From an uncultured Alphaproteobacteria bacterium (GTDB lineage: Bacteria > Pseudomonadota > Alphaproteobacteria > Puniceispirillales > Puniceispirillaceae), in assembly GCA_913064995.1 (NCBI GenBank), contig CAJYBL010000001.1, positions 1 to 39,155 on the forward strand: a stretch of 39,155 bases of DNA, in the 5' to 3' direction. This document shows positions 27,446 through 36,954 of the stretch, one piece after another; within the stretch, counting starts at the first letter, position 1; each line of letters starts with the position of its first letter. Made by a program: the position numbers and the translations under genes. The notes under the pieces are model-generated. The model saw only the letters and a program-made list of their open reading frames with translations. It was not told the origin of the DNA and did no database searches.

Positions 27446-28312
27446 CTAGGCAATTTTATCTTGTGTCTTATTGTCAAAATCGCTGGCGTCATGGCGTTCA
27501 TGAAGCTGGATTTCTGGCGCGCCAGATACACGATTGACCATGCGACCACGTTTGACCGCTGGACGCGAGTCGATCGCTTTGGCCCAGCGCATGACATGGC
27601 TGTAGGTTTGAACATCCAAAAATTCAGCTGCATTATAAAGGCGGCCAAGAACCAATTGCCCATACCAAGACCAAATCGCAATATCTGCAATGCTGTATTC
27701 GTCGCTACTGACATAGCTATGTTCGGCAAGTTGACGATCAAGAACATCAAGCTGGCGTTTAGTTTCCATTGTAAACCGGTCAATTGGATAGGGCAATTTT
27801 TCTGGCGCATAGGCATAGAAATGGCCAAAGCCGCCACCAAGATAAGGCGCGCTTCCCATCTGCCAGAAAAGCCATGATAAACATTCGGTTCGACCGGCAG
27901 GGTCTTTGGGAATCAATGTTGCGAATTTATCCGCCAGATAGAGCAAAATATTACCCGATTCAAACACGCGCAATGGCGGCGATACCGAATGATCCATCAA
28001 GGCTGGAATTTTGGAATTTGGGTTAATCTCGACAAAGCCACTACCAAATTGATGGCCATCACGAATCTTGATCAGCCATGCATCATATTCGGCATCAGTG
28101 ATGTTTTTCGCCAATAACTCTTCAAGCATCACGGTTACTTTTACGCCATTTGGAGTGGCTAGCGAATAAAGCTGAAGCGGATGTTTGCCAACAGAAAGTG
28201 GCTTGTCATGTGTTGCGCCTGCGATTGGCCGGTTGATATTGGCAAATGTGCCACCATTCTCGGCTTGCCATGTCCAAACCGCTGGTGGGGTATAAGGATT
28301 ATTATCGGTCAT
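27446..28312 (-). CDS. yghU: Glutathione-dependent disulfide-bond oxidoreductase (Nu-class GST)
   Basis: YTPPAVWTW...FANINRPIAGATH, YSLATPNG, NPNSKIPAL, FESG and HERHDASDF. Confidence 0.95.
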   Translation of the reverse strand: MTDNNPYTPPAVWTWQAENGGTFANINRPIAGATHDKPLSVGKHPLQLYSLATPNGVKVTVMLEELLAKNITDAEYDAWLIKIRDGHQFGSGFVEINPNSKIPALMDHSVSPPLRVFESGNILLYLADKFATLIPKDPAGRTECLSWLFWQMGSAPYLGGGFGHFYAYAPEKLPYPIDRFTMETKRQLDVLDRQLAEHSYVSSDEYSIADIAIWSWYGQLVLGRLYNAAEFLDVQTYSHVMRWAKAIDSRPAVKRGRMVNRVSGAPEIQLHERHDASDFDNKTQDKIA

Positions 28313-29534
28313 TTTTATCTCCTTTGAGTTTGGGCTCGTTTGGGGGGCATAGGTCGGCTAGTCGATCTAGATGGCGTAGTTTTGGAAAAACATACCATCC
28401 CCCAATTGCCACGCCCAATGCCGCCAGCCCGCCAATAAAAACAGTTGTAACAGGGCCAAGAAGTGCGGCTGCGCTGCCAGCCCGAACATCACCCATCTCA
28501 TTCGATGATGAAATGAAAATGGCATTTACCGCGCTGACTCTGCCGCGAAGATGATCGGGTGTGGCCAATTGAATGAGGGTCATGCGTATATTAACGCTTA
28601 CCATATCGGCTGCGCCATAGACAAACAAGGCCACAAGGCTGACCCAGAAAATGGTCGAAACCGCAAAAACCAGAATTGACGCTGCAAACACCAGCAGCGC
28701 GGCGAAAAGGCAAAGTCCCGACCGCCGCATCGGTGGCAAGGCAGCAAGCCCAAGCCCAACAACAACCCCGCCAAGCGCAGGCATCCCGCGCAACACGCCA
28801 AGTGATTCTGGCCCAACATTCAAAATATCAGCCGCATAGACCGGCAGCAAGGTTACAACCGACCCCATAAGAACAATAAACAGATCAAGCGCGATCGCCC
28901 CAAGAACAATCGAATTTGACCGAACATAGGCAACGCCCCCAAGAACCATATCAAGGCTTCGGCCAACAGGCTTTAGCCGGGTTAGTTTCGGTAAAAAGAG
29001 ATAGGCAATTGTGCTGATCCCCATCAGGCCAGCGGCAACAAGATAAGTATAAACATCAATCATCGTAATCAGAATACCCGCCAGCAACGGCCCCGCCGTG
29101 GCAGACACCTTGCCAATGGTGGAATTAAGCGCGATCGCCCGCGACAACATGGCAGGTGGAACGATATTGGGAATGATGGCTTGCTGGGCTGGCGTGTAGA
29201 AGGCTTTGACCCCGCCATGCGCAAATAACAGCGCAAAAATGACCGTCAAATTCAAATCATCGACAAGCATGGCCATGGTGATGCCAATCAAAATAACCGC
29301 TTCGGTAATGGTGCAGATAATCAATAGGGCTTTTCGCGGCAAGCTGTCAGTTGCCCAGCCCGTCATAAAGAAAAACAGAAAAATCGGAATGATCTGCATC
29401 AGCCCAACAAGCGCCAGATCAAATGGGTCGCCGCTATTTTGATACAGATGCCAGCCAATCGCAATTGTTAGCATTGCCGTGACAAGGCTGACAGCGGCGC
29501 GTGCGGTTAGGAATGCAAAAAAATCAACGGGCAT
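28302..29534 (-). CDS. MFS transporter (DHA3/EntS-like)
   Basis: About 12 TM helices, with ALDLFIVLMG, LLPVYAADIL and TPDHLRGRVSAVN. Its stop overlaps the yghU start. Confidence 0.9.
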   Translation of the reverse strand: MPVDFFAFLTARAAVSLVTAMLTIAIGWHLYQNSGDPFDLALVGLMQIIPIFLFFFMTGWATDSLPRKALLIICTITEAVILIGITMAMLVDDLNLTVIFALLFAHGGVKAFYTPAQQAIIPNIVPPAMLSRAIALNSTIGKVSATAGPLLAGILITMIDVYTYLVAAGLMGISTIAYLFLPKLTRLKPVGRSLDMVLGGVAYVRSNSIVLGAIALDLFIVLMGSVVTLLPVYAADILNVGPESLGVLRGMPALGGVVVGLGLAALPPMRRSGLCLFAALLVFAASILVFAVSTIFWVSLVALFVYGAADMVSVNIRMTLIQLATPDHLRGRVSAVNAIFISSSNEMGDVRAGSAAALLGPVTTVFIGGLAALGVAIGGWYVFPKLRHLDRLADLCPPNEPKLKGDKNDR

Positions 29535-29730
29535 GATGATCTATAAATAGTTGGCGGGCAGTAAATATTTAAAGGGTAGGCAATAATTGGAAGGGATGAA
29601 GTTTTCTTTTTTATTGTGGCTATTTTCCTTTTTCATACAATCTATTTATCTGCATTATATCCTTATCCTCAATCAAACAGCCTTGCCACAATTTGTAAAT
29701 TTTATTTGCCTAACTGAAGGAGACCCGGAT

Positions 29731-31923
29731 ATGCCCTACAATGATTATCGTCAAGATTTAATGGGCGAAGCCACACTAACGCCGTCGGGCCAGTTCGAAA
29801 TTGGCACATTTCAAAGTTTTAAATTGATTTACACCGCTGGCAAATTTGGTATCGATGATCAAGGAGGGCTTCGGATTGGATTTCGGGGGCATTTTGATGG
29901 TTCGGCAATCCAGTTTAGCGACCCCACAGCGCCCGGATATACGACGGTTGAGGCCTCCAATGGTGCCGTTCTTGAAGTGTCATGGGAGGCGCGCCGAAAT
30001 ATCCGCCCCTGGAACAAAAGCCTTTATATTCGCTGTTTGCGCTTTTTGCGCGAGGGCGACCAGATCTTGATTAATTTTGGCGATCAATCCAAAGGGTCAC
30101 CTGGCTGGTTACTGCAAACATTTTGTGAGTCAGCCTTTACCTTTCAGATCACGGTTGATCCGTTCGCGACCCAAGATTTCATTGCGCTGCCAAGCGCGGC
30201 AAACCCAACCATTTCAATGGTGCCGGGTGACCCGGCGAATTGGAAGGCGGTTCTGCCAACATTGCGGCGGCCGGGTCAGGCATTTCGATTGTCAATCAAA
30301 GGCGATGACCGCTGGGGCAATCCATCAAATCGGTTAACTGGAAAGATAAAACTGAAAACCAATTTGCCAGTTACTGGCCTTGCTGAAACTATTGATCTAA
30401 AGGCGGGTGATTTCGGCGTTGTGATTGAAGGGCTTTCGGTGGAAAGTTTAGGTGTGTTGCACCTTACCGTTCTGGATGAAAATGACCGGTTGATCGCAAC
30501 GGCAAACCCGTTAGTGATCCGCCAAGCCGGTGCGGTGCATTTCTGGAGCGATATGCATGCGCAATCTGGCGAGACAATCGGCGTTGGAACGGCGCGCGAA
30601 TATTTTGACTTTGCCCGTAACAAGGCCTTTCTCGATATTGCTGGCCATCAGGGAAATGATTTCCAGATCACCGATGTGTTTTGGCAGCACTTAAACGAGC
30701 TAACAGCCGAATATAATGAAGATAACCGCTTTTTGACATTGCCAGGTTATGAATGGTCGGGAAACACCGGCCTTGGCGGTGATCATAATGTTTGGTTTCG
30801 AGACGAAGGCCGCCCGATTTATCGGTCAAGCCGCGCCTTGATAAACGACCGCACATTCCCTGAAAATGATGTTTTATCGACACCCGATCTGATCGAAAAA
30901 TTGCAAAGCGAAGATGCGATTGTTGTGGCGCATGTTGGCGGGCGTTATGCCGATATCAAATATGCGCATGATGCAAAATTGGAACCATCGGTTGAGGTGC
31001 ATTCATCATGGGGTACCTTTGAATGGATTTTGCGCGATGCGTTCGAGTGCGGCTATCGGGTTGGCATTGTTGGGTCAAGCGACGGACATAAAGGGCGGCC
31101 CGGGGCAGAATATCCGGGGGATAGTCAATTTGGCTCTTTTGGCGGTCTGACCTGCCATCTTTTGCCGCAACTAGACCGCGACACGTTTTTTGACGCGTTT
31201 CGTAACCGGCGGCATTATGCAACGACAGGGGCGCGGATCTATATGGATGTGACCGCACGCTTGGGCGATCAAACCCTGCAAATTGGCGATATCGTTAGCA
31301 CTGACCTTGATCATCTTGATCTTGCCTTTGACATTATCGGTACAGCACCGATTGAACGTGTCGATATTTTCAATGGGCTGGACCTGGTGCAAACCATCCG
31401 CGCTTGGCATGATCAAGCCGCGCTAAGCCGGTTACGCGTTACTTGTGCTGGCCAGCATTATCGTGGGCGTGGCCGCTTGGTGAAATGGGATGTTTTGGCA
31501 AATATTACCGGTGGAAAAATTGATCGTATCAACGCGATCAATTTCTGGAATCCAAATCGTCAGCCCAAACAGATTTCGGCAACTGAGGCGGCCTGGAAAA
31601 CAGTGACAACTGGTGGTGCATCATCGGTTGATTTCTGGCTGGATGATGCAGCGCTGGCAAGCCAGATCAATGTTCAGACGAATTTTGAATCCATATCAGC
31701 ATCAGTGGCTGATATTGATGAGAATGGCATCACCGTTGATTGCGGCGGTATGGATATCCGGCTTCATATTGAACGGCTTCCCGACATATTGGACTCCGTG
31801 TCGCTGTCAGGTGAGCAATCTTTTGCGCTTGCCGCTGGAACCGAACAGCGGCTCTATGTTCGCGTGACACAAGAAGATGGCCATCAGGCATGGAGCAGCC
31901 CAATTTATGTTGCAAAGGCTTAG
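29731..31923 (+). CDS. DUF3604-type protein with a PHP-like metallohydrolase core
   Basis: AAGGAG RBS before ATG 29731. Motifs WSDMHAQS, GHQGND, GYEWS...GDHNV, AHVGG, EVHS.WG, SDGHKGRPG, HYATTG and the C-terminal YVRVTQEDGHQAWSSPI. Confidence 0.8.
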   Translation: MPYNDYRQDLMGEATLTPSGQFEIGTFQSFKLIYTAGKFGIDDQGGLRIGFRGHFDGSAIQFSDPTAPGYTTVEASNGAVLEVSWEARRNIRPWNKSLYIRCLRFLREGDQILINFGDQSKGSPGWLLQTFCESAFTFQITVDPFATQDFIALPSAANPTISMVPGDPANWKAVLPTLRRPGQAFRLSIKGDDRWGNPSNRLTGKIKLKTNLPVTGLAETIDLKAGDFGVVIEGLSVESLGVLHLTVLDENDRLIATANPLVIRQAGAVHFWSDMHAQSGETIGVGTAREYFDFARNKAFLDIAGHQGNDFQITDVFWQHLNELTAEYNEDNRFLTLPGYEWSGNTGLGGDHNVWFRDEGRPIYRSSRALINDRTFPENDVLSTPDLIEKLQSEDAIVVAHVGGRYADIKYAHDAKLEPSVEVHSSWGTFEWILRDAFECGYRVGIVGSSDGHKGRPGAEYPGDSQFGSFGGLTCHLLPQLDRDTFFDAFRNRRHYATTGARIYMDVTARLGDQTLQIGDIVSTDLDHLDLAFDIIGTAPIERVDIFNGLDLVQTIRAWHDQAALSRLRVTCAGQHYRGRGRLVKWDVLANITGGKIDRINAINFWNPNRQPKQISATEAAWKTVTTGGASSVDFWLDDAALASQINVQTNFESISASVADIDENGITVDCGGMDIRLHIERLPDILDSVSLSGEQSFALAAGTEQRLYVRVTQEDGHQAWSSPIYVAKA

Positions 31924-31971
31924 TTAATGACAGAACTGGTGTCAATAAGTCGGTTTTAGAAGGAAGGTAAA

Positions 31972-33084
31972 ATGCAGTCTGTTCGCATAGAAACTGTTGA
32001 AACATTCGTTGTGGCAATGCCATTGGTTGCGGTTTTTTCCAGCGGTGGAAAGTCAAAAAATGTCACCAAAGGCGTTGTTGTCAAGATCACCGCATCCGAT
32101 GGATCATTTGGCATTAGCAGTGTTGATCCATCAACGCGGGCGGTATTTCCTTATCGAGCCGAAGATATTGCCGCAACGGTTCGCGAAAAAATCATCCCTG
32201 CGGTTCTTGGCATGTCGCCAACAAATATCAACCGCCTATTGGACATAATGGGCAGTTTGCAAGATATTCAAATTGGAGCCCGCGCCGCCATTGAAATGGC
32301 CGCCATTGAACTGACTTGCCGCCGGTTGGGGATCTCGCTTTGTGATTTTCTTGGTGGTGTTGTGTCAGACCATGTAGCGTTTAATGGCTGGATTGGCGAG
32401 CTGCCAGCCGATGAGGCCGCGCTTGATGCGGCGCGGTGGGCCAAGGCTGGATTTCAATCGCTGAAAATCAAAATTGGTGGTGATGTTGATGCTGATATTC
32501 AACGCGTTCAAGCGGTTCGCGCTGCTGTTGGCAAGACGGTAAATCTGCGCATGGATGCGAATGAACAATATAGTGTTCAAGATGCGATACGGCTGTGTGA
32601 TGCGATCAAAGATTGCGATATGCAGCTTTTTGAGCAACCAGTGCCGCGTGATGATCTTACTGGTTTGGCTAAAATTAGGCGTGTTGGTGGGATCAGTGTT
32701 ATGGCCGATGAATCGATTAGCGATCATGCCAGCCTGTTAAAGGTAATCGAGGCAGATTGTGCCGATCTTGTGAAATTTGGCATTGCGCAGGCAGGTGGTA
32801 TTATGCCTGCCGTCCGGATGATGGCAACGGCTGAAGCCGCGGGTTTGAAAGTTGTCATGGGGCATGGTTTTGGTCTGGATATGAGCACGATGGCCGAAAT
32901 CATGGTTGGCGCATCATCAAGCAATATTCTAACCGGCCTTGAATGTGTTGGTCCGCTAAAGGTGAAAGATACGGTTTCGCAAACCCGCCTTGATATCAGT
33001 TCGGGCAGTCTGAAAGTACCAGATGGTGCAGGGCTTGCGATGGATCTTGATATGGAAAAACTGGCCGAATATACGGTTCAGTAA
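31972..33084 (+). CDS. Enolase superfamily enzyme, MLE/mandelate racemase-like
   Basis: KxK motif (LKIKIG), Mg ligands in MDANE, FEQP and ADES, and a C-terminal PDGAGL. Confidence 0.9.
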   Translation: MQSVRIETVETFVVAMPLVAVFSSGGKSKNVTKGVVVKITASDGSFGISSVDPSTRAVFPYRAEDIAATVREKIIPAVLGMSPTNINRLLDIMGSLQDIQIGARAAIEMAAIELTCRRLGISLCDFLGGVVSDHVAFNGWIGELPADEAALDAARWAKAGFQSLKIKIGGDVDADIQRVQAVRAAVGKTVNLRMDANEQYSVQDAIRLCDAIKDCDMQLFEQPVPRDDLTGLAKIRRVGGISVMADESISDHASLLKVIEADCADLVKFGIAQAGGIMPAVRMMATAEAAGLKVVMGHGFGLDMSTMAEIMVGASSSNILTGLECVGPLKVKDTVSQTRLDISSGSLKVPDGAGLAMDLDMEKLAEYTVQ

Positions 33085-33107
33085 TCGGGCTGGTTTGGCT
33101 TTATCTT

Positions 33108-33146
33108 ATCATAATCTGCGTGTCGGGGGTTCAAATCCTTTGCCGC
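33108..33146 (+). pseudogene. Degenerate 3' half of a tRNA-Met(CAT) gene, possible att scar
   Basis: ATCATAATCTGCGTGTC-GGGGG-TTCAAAT-CCTTT-GCCGC contains a CAT anticodon loop, variable loop and T-arm like alphaproteobacterial elongator tRNA-Met. There is no intact 5' half and no CCA. Confidence 0.65.
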
Positions 33147-33301
33147 ATGATGTTTGACTTGAGGTGCCTTTTACAGGTGTTCAAGTTTGACTAACAACAC
33201 CATCACAAAAAACCTTCTGGTAACCACCACATAAAGTTCGATAGCAGACCAGTGGATCAACAATAAACGGCTCTTGGATCGCTCGGTTAGGGGGCTTTTG
33301 T

Positions 33302-33743
33302 TTAGGTTAGCGCGCGCACTGCTGCTGCCGCTAGCTTGTCGCATAGCTCGCCGATCTGGTCGTCGGAGATGATAAAAGGTGGCGCAATCAGCACATGATC
33401 GCCGCGGCGCCCATCTATGGTACCGCCCATTGGATAGCAGATTTGCCCCGCATCGAACGCCGCCGCCTTGAAGCGTTTGTGGCGTGCCTCCTCAGGTGCG
33501 AACGGCAAATTCAGCCTCACTTTCACCTTCTCGCATTTCGCGATAGGCATAGCAGGGAGCAATGTGACTGCTCTCGACAAGGATCGCATCATACATCTGA
33601 TGTCGCCAAGCGTTACCACCAGCAGCCAAGGCGCCAAGCGTGTTGCCGTGATAGCTCTGGCGTCTTGCGATGATGTAGCATCCCTCGCCACGAACGGCGA
33701 CGGGGTAGCTGGCCTTCATGCTTCTGGGAAAAACATTTGACAT
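33302..33743 (-). pseudogene. Class III PLP aminotransferase remnant with two large internal deletions and a frameshift
   Basis: The N-terminus (VFPR..YPVAVRGEGCYII) is joined directly to the mid-protein ARRQSYHGNTLGAL. The C-terminus (CYPMGGTIDGRRGDHVLIAPPFII) is in another frame. The PLP-Lys and DEV regions are absent. Confidence 0.88.
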
Positions 33744-33894
33744 CTGATTACCTATGAAGTTGTTTCGGTTGGCAGTGTTTTATCAGGCGTGGGCTGGCGC
33801 ATGCGGGTTTTTGCGGTTTATCTTGGATTGGCATTTGTCGGGTCAAGCATCGCTGGGGTGCTCTGGTAGATGCTGAATTAAAGGGTGATCATCT

Positions 33895-34827
33895 ATGTTG
33901 ACAACAATATCGGGTCAAAGGCTCAGCAAATTCTGCTTTGGCACCATGCAATTTGGACAGGGAACTGATCGCAACCAATCACAAGCGATCTATGCACAGT
34001 GCAGGCATGCTGGGATAAATCATTTTGACACGGCGCATGCCTATACCAAGGGACTGTCTGAGACATGGCTTGGAGAGTTTTTAAAAAACGAGAGAGATAA
34101 TGTTTTTATTTCCAGTAAAGTTGGATACACAGGTGGTAGCGAACCAGAAAATTTGTCAAAACAACTTGAAGAGAGTCTAAGTCGTTTAGGCCAAGATAGG
34201 GTCGATATATTGTACCTTCACAGGTTTGACCCAGACACACCGCTTGAAAAAACACTAAACTGGTTTGCGGAGCAAATCGAAAAACGGCGCATTCGTTACA
34301 TTGGCGTCTCTAATTTTGCCGCGTGGCAAGTCACCAAAGCGCAATTCATTGGGCAACAATTTGGTGTTCACATATCAGCCGCGCAACCAATGTATAGTCT
34401 GGTCAAACGGCAAGCCGAGGTAGAGATATTCCCGGCCTGTGATGATTTTGATATCGAATGTTTCTCCTATTCGCCACTCGGTGCTGGCCTCTTGACTGGC
34501 AAATATGAATCAAAAGGTATTAAAGGACGGCTTGCCGAAGATGCCCGTTATGCCAAAAGATATGGCGCTTTTGAGATGCATGCCAGCGCAAAAGCTTTAT
34601 ATGAAATTAGCAAACGATATAATGTTTCATCCGCCACTCTGGCTGTTGCTTGGGTCTTAATGTCACCATATCGCACCACTCCAATCATCTCGGGTAGAAC
34701 AAGTGAACAACTGTCCCCAGTACTCGATGCACTTGATTTTGATATGGCAGAGAACTTATTCGCTGAAATTAATGAAATTTCAGCCAAGCCAGCACCAGCA
34801 ACAGATCGATTGGAAGAACAAGCGTAG
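33895..34827 (+). CDS. Aldo/keto reductase
   Basis: FGTMQFG, FDTAHAY, SSKVG, DILYLHRFD, IGVSNF, QPMYSL and YSPLGAGLLTGKY. Confidence 0.93.
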   Translation: MLTTISGQRLSKFCFGTMQFGQGTDRNQSQAIYAQCRHAGINHFDTAHAYTKGLSETWLGEFLKNERDNVFISSKVGYTGGSEPENLSKQLEESLSRLGQDRVDILYLHRFDPDTPLEKTLNWFAEQIEKRRIRYIGVSNFAAWQVTKAQFIGQQFGVHISAAQPMYSLVKRQAEVEIFPACDDFDIECFSYSPLGAGLLTGKYESKGIKGRLAEDARYAKRYGAFEMHASAKALYEISKRYNVSSATLAVAWVLMSPYRTTPIISGRTSEQLSPVLDALDFDMAENLFAEINEISAKPAPATDRLEEQA

Positions 34828-35112
34828 CTGTCTCTTTTTTACCCTATCATTAGATGCAACTTGAAAAGTATATCTTCACAGTTTGGATAGTCAAAAGACC
34901 AATGATGAGTCCATTTTTTTGGCACAGGTAAACAATGATAGTGATTACGCAAATCATTATCTTGTTGAGCGTCTCGAAAGAATCGTCAAAACAATAGGTT
35001 CAGACAAACAGCTTCAAGTTTGTATTAAATAAATTAAACAAAAAGACAAATATCCACAAAGTAAGTGAAACATTCTCCGTAGATTTTACTGTTCTTAAGA
35101 GGAGATTGTACC

Positions 35113-35916
35113 GTGCTTGATATCAGAAATGTTACAAAACGTTTTGGCGACGTTGTCGCCGTGAGAGATGTTTCGTTCTCTATAAAAAAGCCACAGATGG
35201 TTGGCATCATCGGGCGCTCTGGTGCAGGCAAATCAACTCTCCTTCGAGTTATTAATCGGCTGGAGCGAGCCACATCTGGAGAAGTTTTTTTCTCGGGCAA
35301 TGATGTCCTATCTCTTGAGGGTCGGGCTAAATCCGAATGGCAAAAAAACTGTGCCATGATTTTCCAACAGTTCAACCTCGTACCCAGGTTAGACGTTTTA
35401 ACCAACGTGATTCTGGGCCGTTCTTTTGAACACAGTTTCATCCGCTCAATGCTAAAATTATACCCGGCTGAAGAGCGGTATCAGGCTCTTGCTACTTTGG
35501 ACCGCTTTGGACTGGCCGAGATTGCATTGCAAAGGGCTGAGAGCCTGTCAGGCGGTCAGCAACAACGGGTTGCAATTTGTCGTGCGATGATGCAGACCCC
35601 AAAACTTATTCTTGCCGATGAGCCTATTGCATCTCTTGATCCGCTCAATGCTCGTCTCGCCATGGAAGCTTTGAAGCGGATACAAGTAGAAGAAAAAATC
35701 ACAGTCATTTGCAATCTTCACACTTTGGATACTGCAAAGCACTACTGTTCCCGCATCATTGGTATGCAAAATGGCGACATCGTGTTTGACGGAACGCCGA
35801 AGTCTCTCACAGATAAAAAAGCCCGCGAAATTTATGGTGCTGAAGCTGACGAAGCGTTCGAGGCCTCGGTGACATCAACAGCATTGGGGTCTGCCCCAAT
35901 CAAGGCAGCAAGCTGA
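35113..35916 (+). CDS. phnC: Phosphonate/phosphate ABC transporter ATP-binding protein
   Basis: GRSGAGKSTLLR, MIFQQFNLVPRL, LSGGQQQRVAI.RA and ILADEPIASLDP. GAGGAG RBS before GTG. Confidence 0.95.
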   Translation: MLDIRNVTKRFGDVVAVRDVSFSIKKPQMVGIIGRSGAGKSTLLRVINRLERATSGEVFFSGNDVLSLEGRAKSEWQKNCAMIFQQFNLVPRLDVLTNVILGRSFEHSFIRSMLKLYPAEERYQALATLDRFGLAEIALQRAESLSGGQQQRVAICRAMMQTPKLILADEPIASLDPLNARLAMEALKRIQVEEKITVICNLHTLDTAKHYCSRIIGMQNGDIVFDGTPKSLTDKKAREIYGAEADEAFEASVTSTALGSAPIKAAS

Positions 35917-35957
35917 CGCGCCTTGTCATTTCCCTCGGTTTAAATTTGGAGCAACAA

Positions 35958-36920
35958 ATGATCAATATTGTAAAATCAGCGCTCGCGGTTGCAGTGGGCA
36001 TAGCGGCGCTAAGCACTAATGCTTTTGCTGTCAATTACGATGGTCCAAGTATGGATTTTAGCACTGTTCGGCCAGACTTCAGAGTAGGGTTTCTTGGAGA
36101 TGAAGCAGCGCAAGACATTCTTACCCGAAACGCATGCTTGAAGGACTATGTCGAGGCTGCTTACAACGTCCCGGCAAAAATGTTCACCTTCAAGGATTAT
36201 GCAGGCACGATGGAATCAATGCTTGGTGGCAACCTCGATTACGCTTGGTTTGGCGCATCTGGATATGCAGGTATTTACCTCGAGGATCCGAATGCTGCGG
36301 TGCCGGTCTTAACACGCATGCAGCCTACTGGTGATACCGGTTATTATTCGGTGATGGTCGCTCGTAAAGACTCTGGCATTTCATCTTTGGAAGATATGAA
36401 AGGTAAGCATCTCGGTTTTGCTGACCCGAATTCAACTTCAGGATATCTTATCCCGTCAGTTGAGCTGCCAGAACTCTACGATGTAAAAATTGACGACTAT
36501 TTTAGTAAGACTTCATTTAACGGTGGTCATGAAAACAATGTACTTGCTGTCCTGAATGGCGATGTTGATGCCGGAGTTACATGGGTATCTGGTGTTGGCG
36601 AATGGGATGAAGGGTACACATCTGGCAATCTTCGCAAGATGGTAGACAAAGGCATCCTCAATATGGATGACATAACTCAGATTTGGTCATCAAAGTTGAT
36701 CCCAAATGGTCCTATCGTAATGCCGAAAGATGATGCATACGCAAAAGCTCGTGAAGTTATGGTAGGCATGAAGCAGTGGATCCTTAAAAACGATCCTAAA
36801 TGCAGTGAGGATGTTGCCAACGGTATTGTCAAAGCATGGGTGCCTGTTGACCATTCTTTCTACGAAGTGGTTGTCAAGGCGCGTAAGGCTAAAATCGAAG
36901 CGAAGAAAAAATCAAACTAA
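35958..36920 (+). CDS. phnD: Phosphonate/phosphate ABC transporter substrate-binding protein
   Basis: Signal peptide, DYAG, GYYSVM, FADPNSTSGYLIP (STSG ligand motif) and GGHE. GGAG RBS before ATG 35958. Confidence 0.93.
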   Translation: MINIVKSALAVAVGIAALSTNAFAVNYDGPSMDFSTVRPDFRVGFLGDEAAQDILTRNACLKDYVEAAYNVPAKMFTFKDYAGTMESMLGGNLDYAWFGASGYAGIYLEDPNAAVPVLTRMQPTGDTGYYSVMVARKDSGISSLEDMKGKHLGFADPNSTSGYLIPSVELPELYDVKIDDYFSKTSFNGGHENNVLAVLNGDVDAGVTWVSGVGEWDEGYTSGNLRKMVDKGILNMDDITQIWSSKLIPNGPIVMPKDDAYAKAREVMVGMKQWILKNDPKCSEDVANGIVKAWVPVDHSFYEVVVKARKAKIEAKKKSN

Positions 36921-36930
36921 AACAGATATT

Positions 36931-36954
36931 TGGGCGAGTTTTATGGCTCGCCCA
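36931..36954 (+). terminator. Stem-loop between phnD and phnE
   Basis: TGGGCGAGT-TTTATG-GCTCGCCCA followed by TTT. Confidence 0.6.

Noticed and set aside
34883-35032. 49-codon TTG-start ORF between the AKR gene and phnC
   Set aside because: It has no RBS and no recognisable motif, and it overlaps the probable phn promoter region.
34960-35100. Pho box upstream of phnC
   Set aside because: The region is AT-rich, but I could not find a convincing CTGTCAT-type 11-bp direct repeat by eye. A PWM scan is needed.
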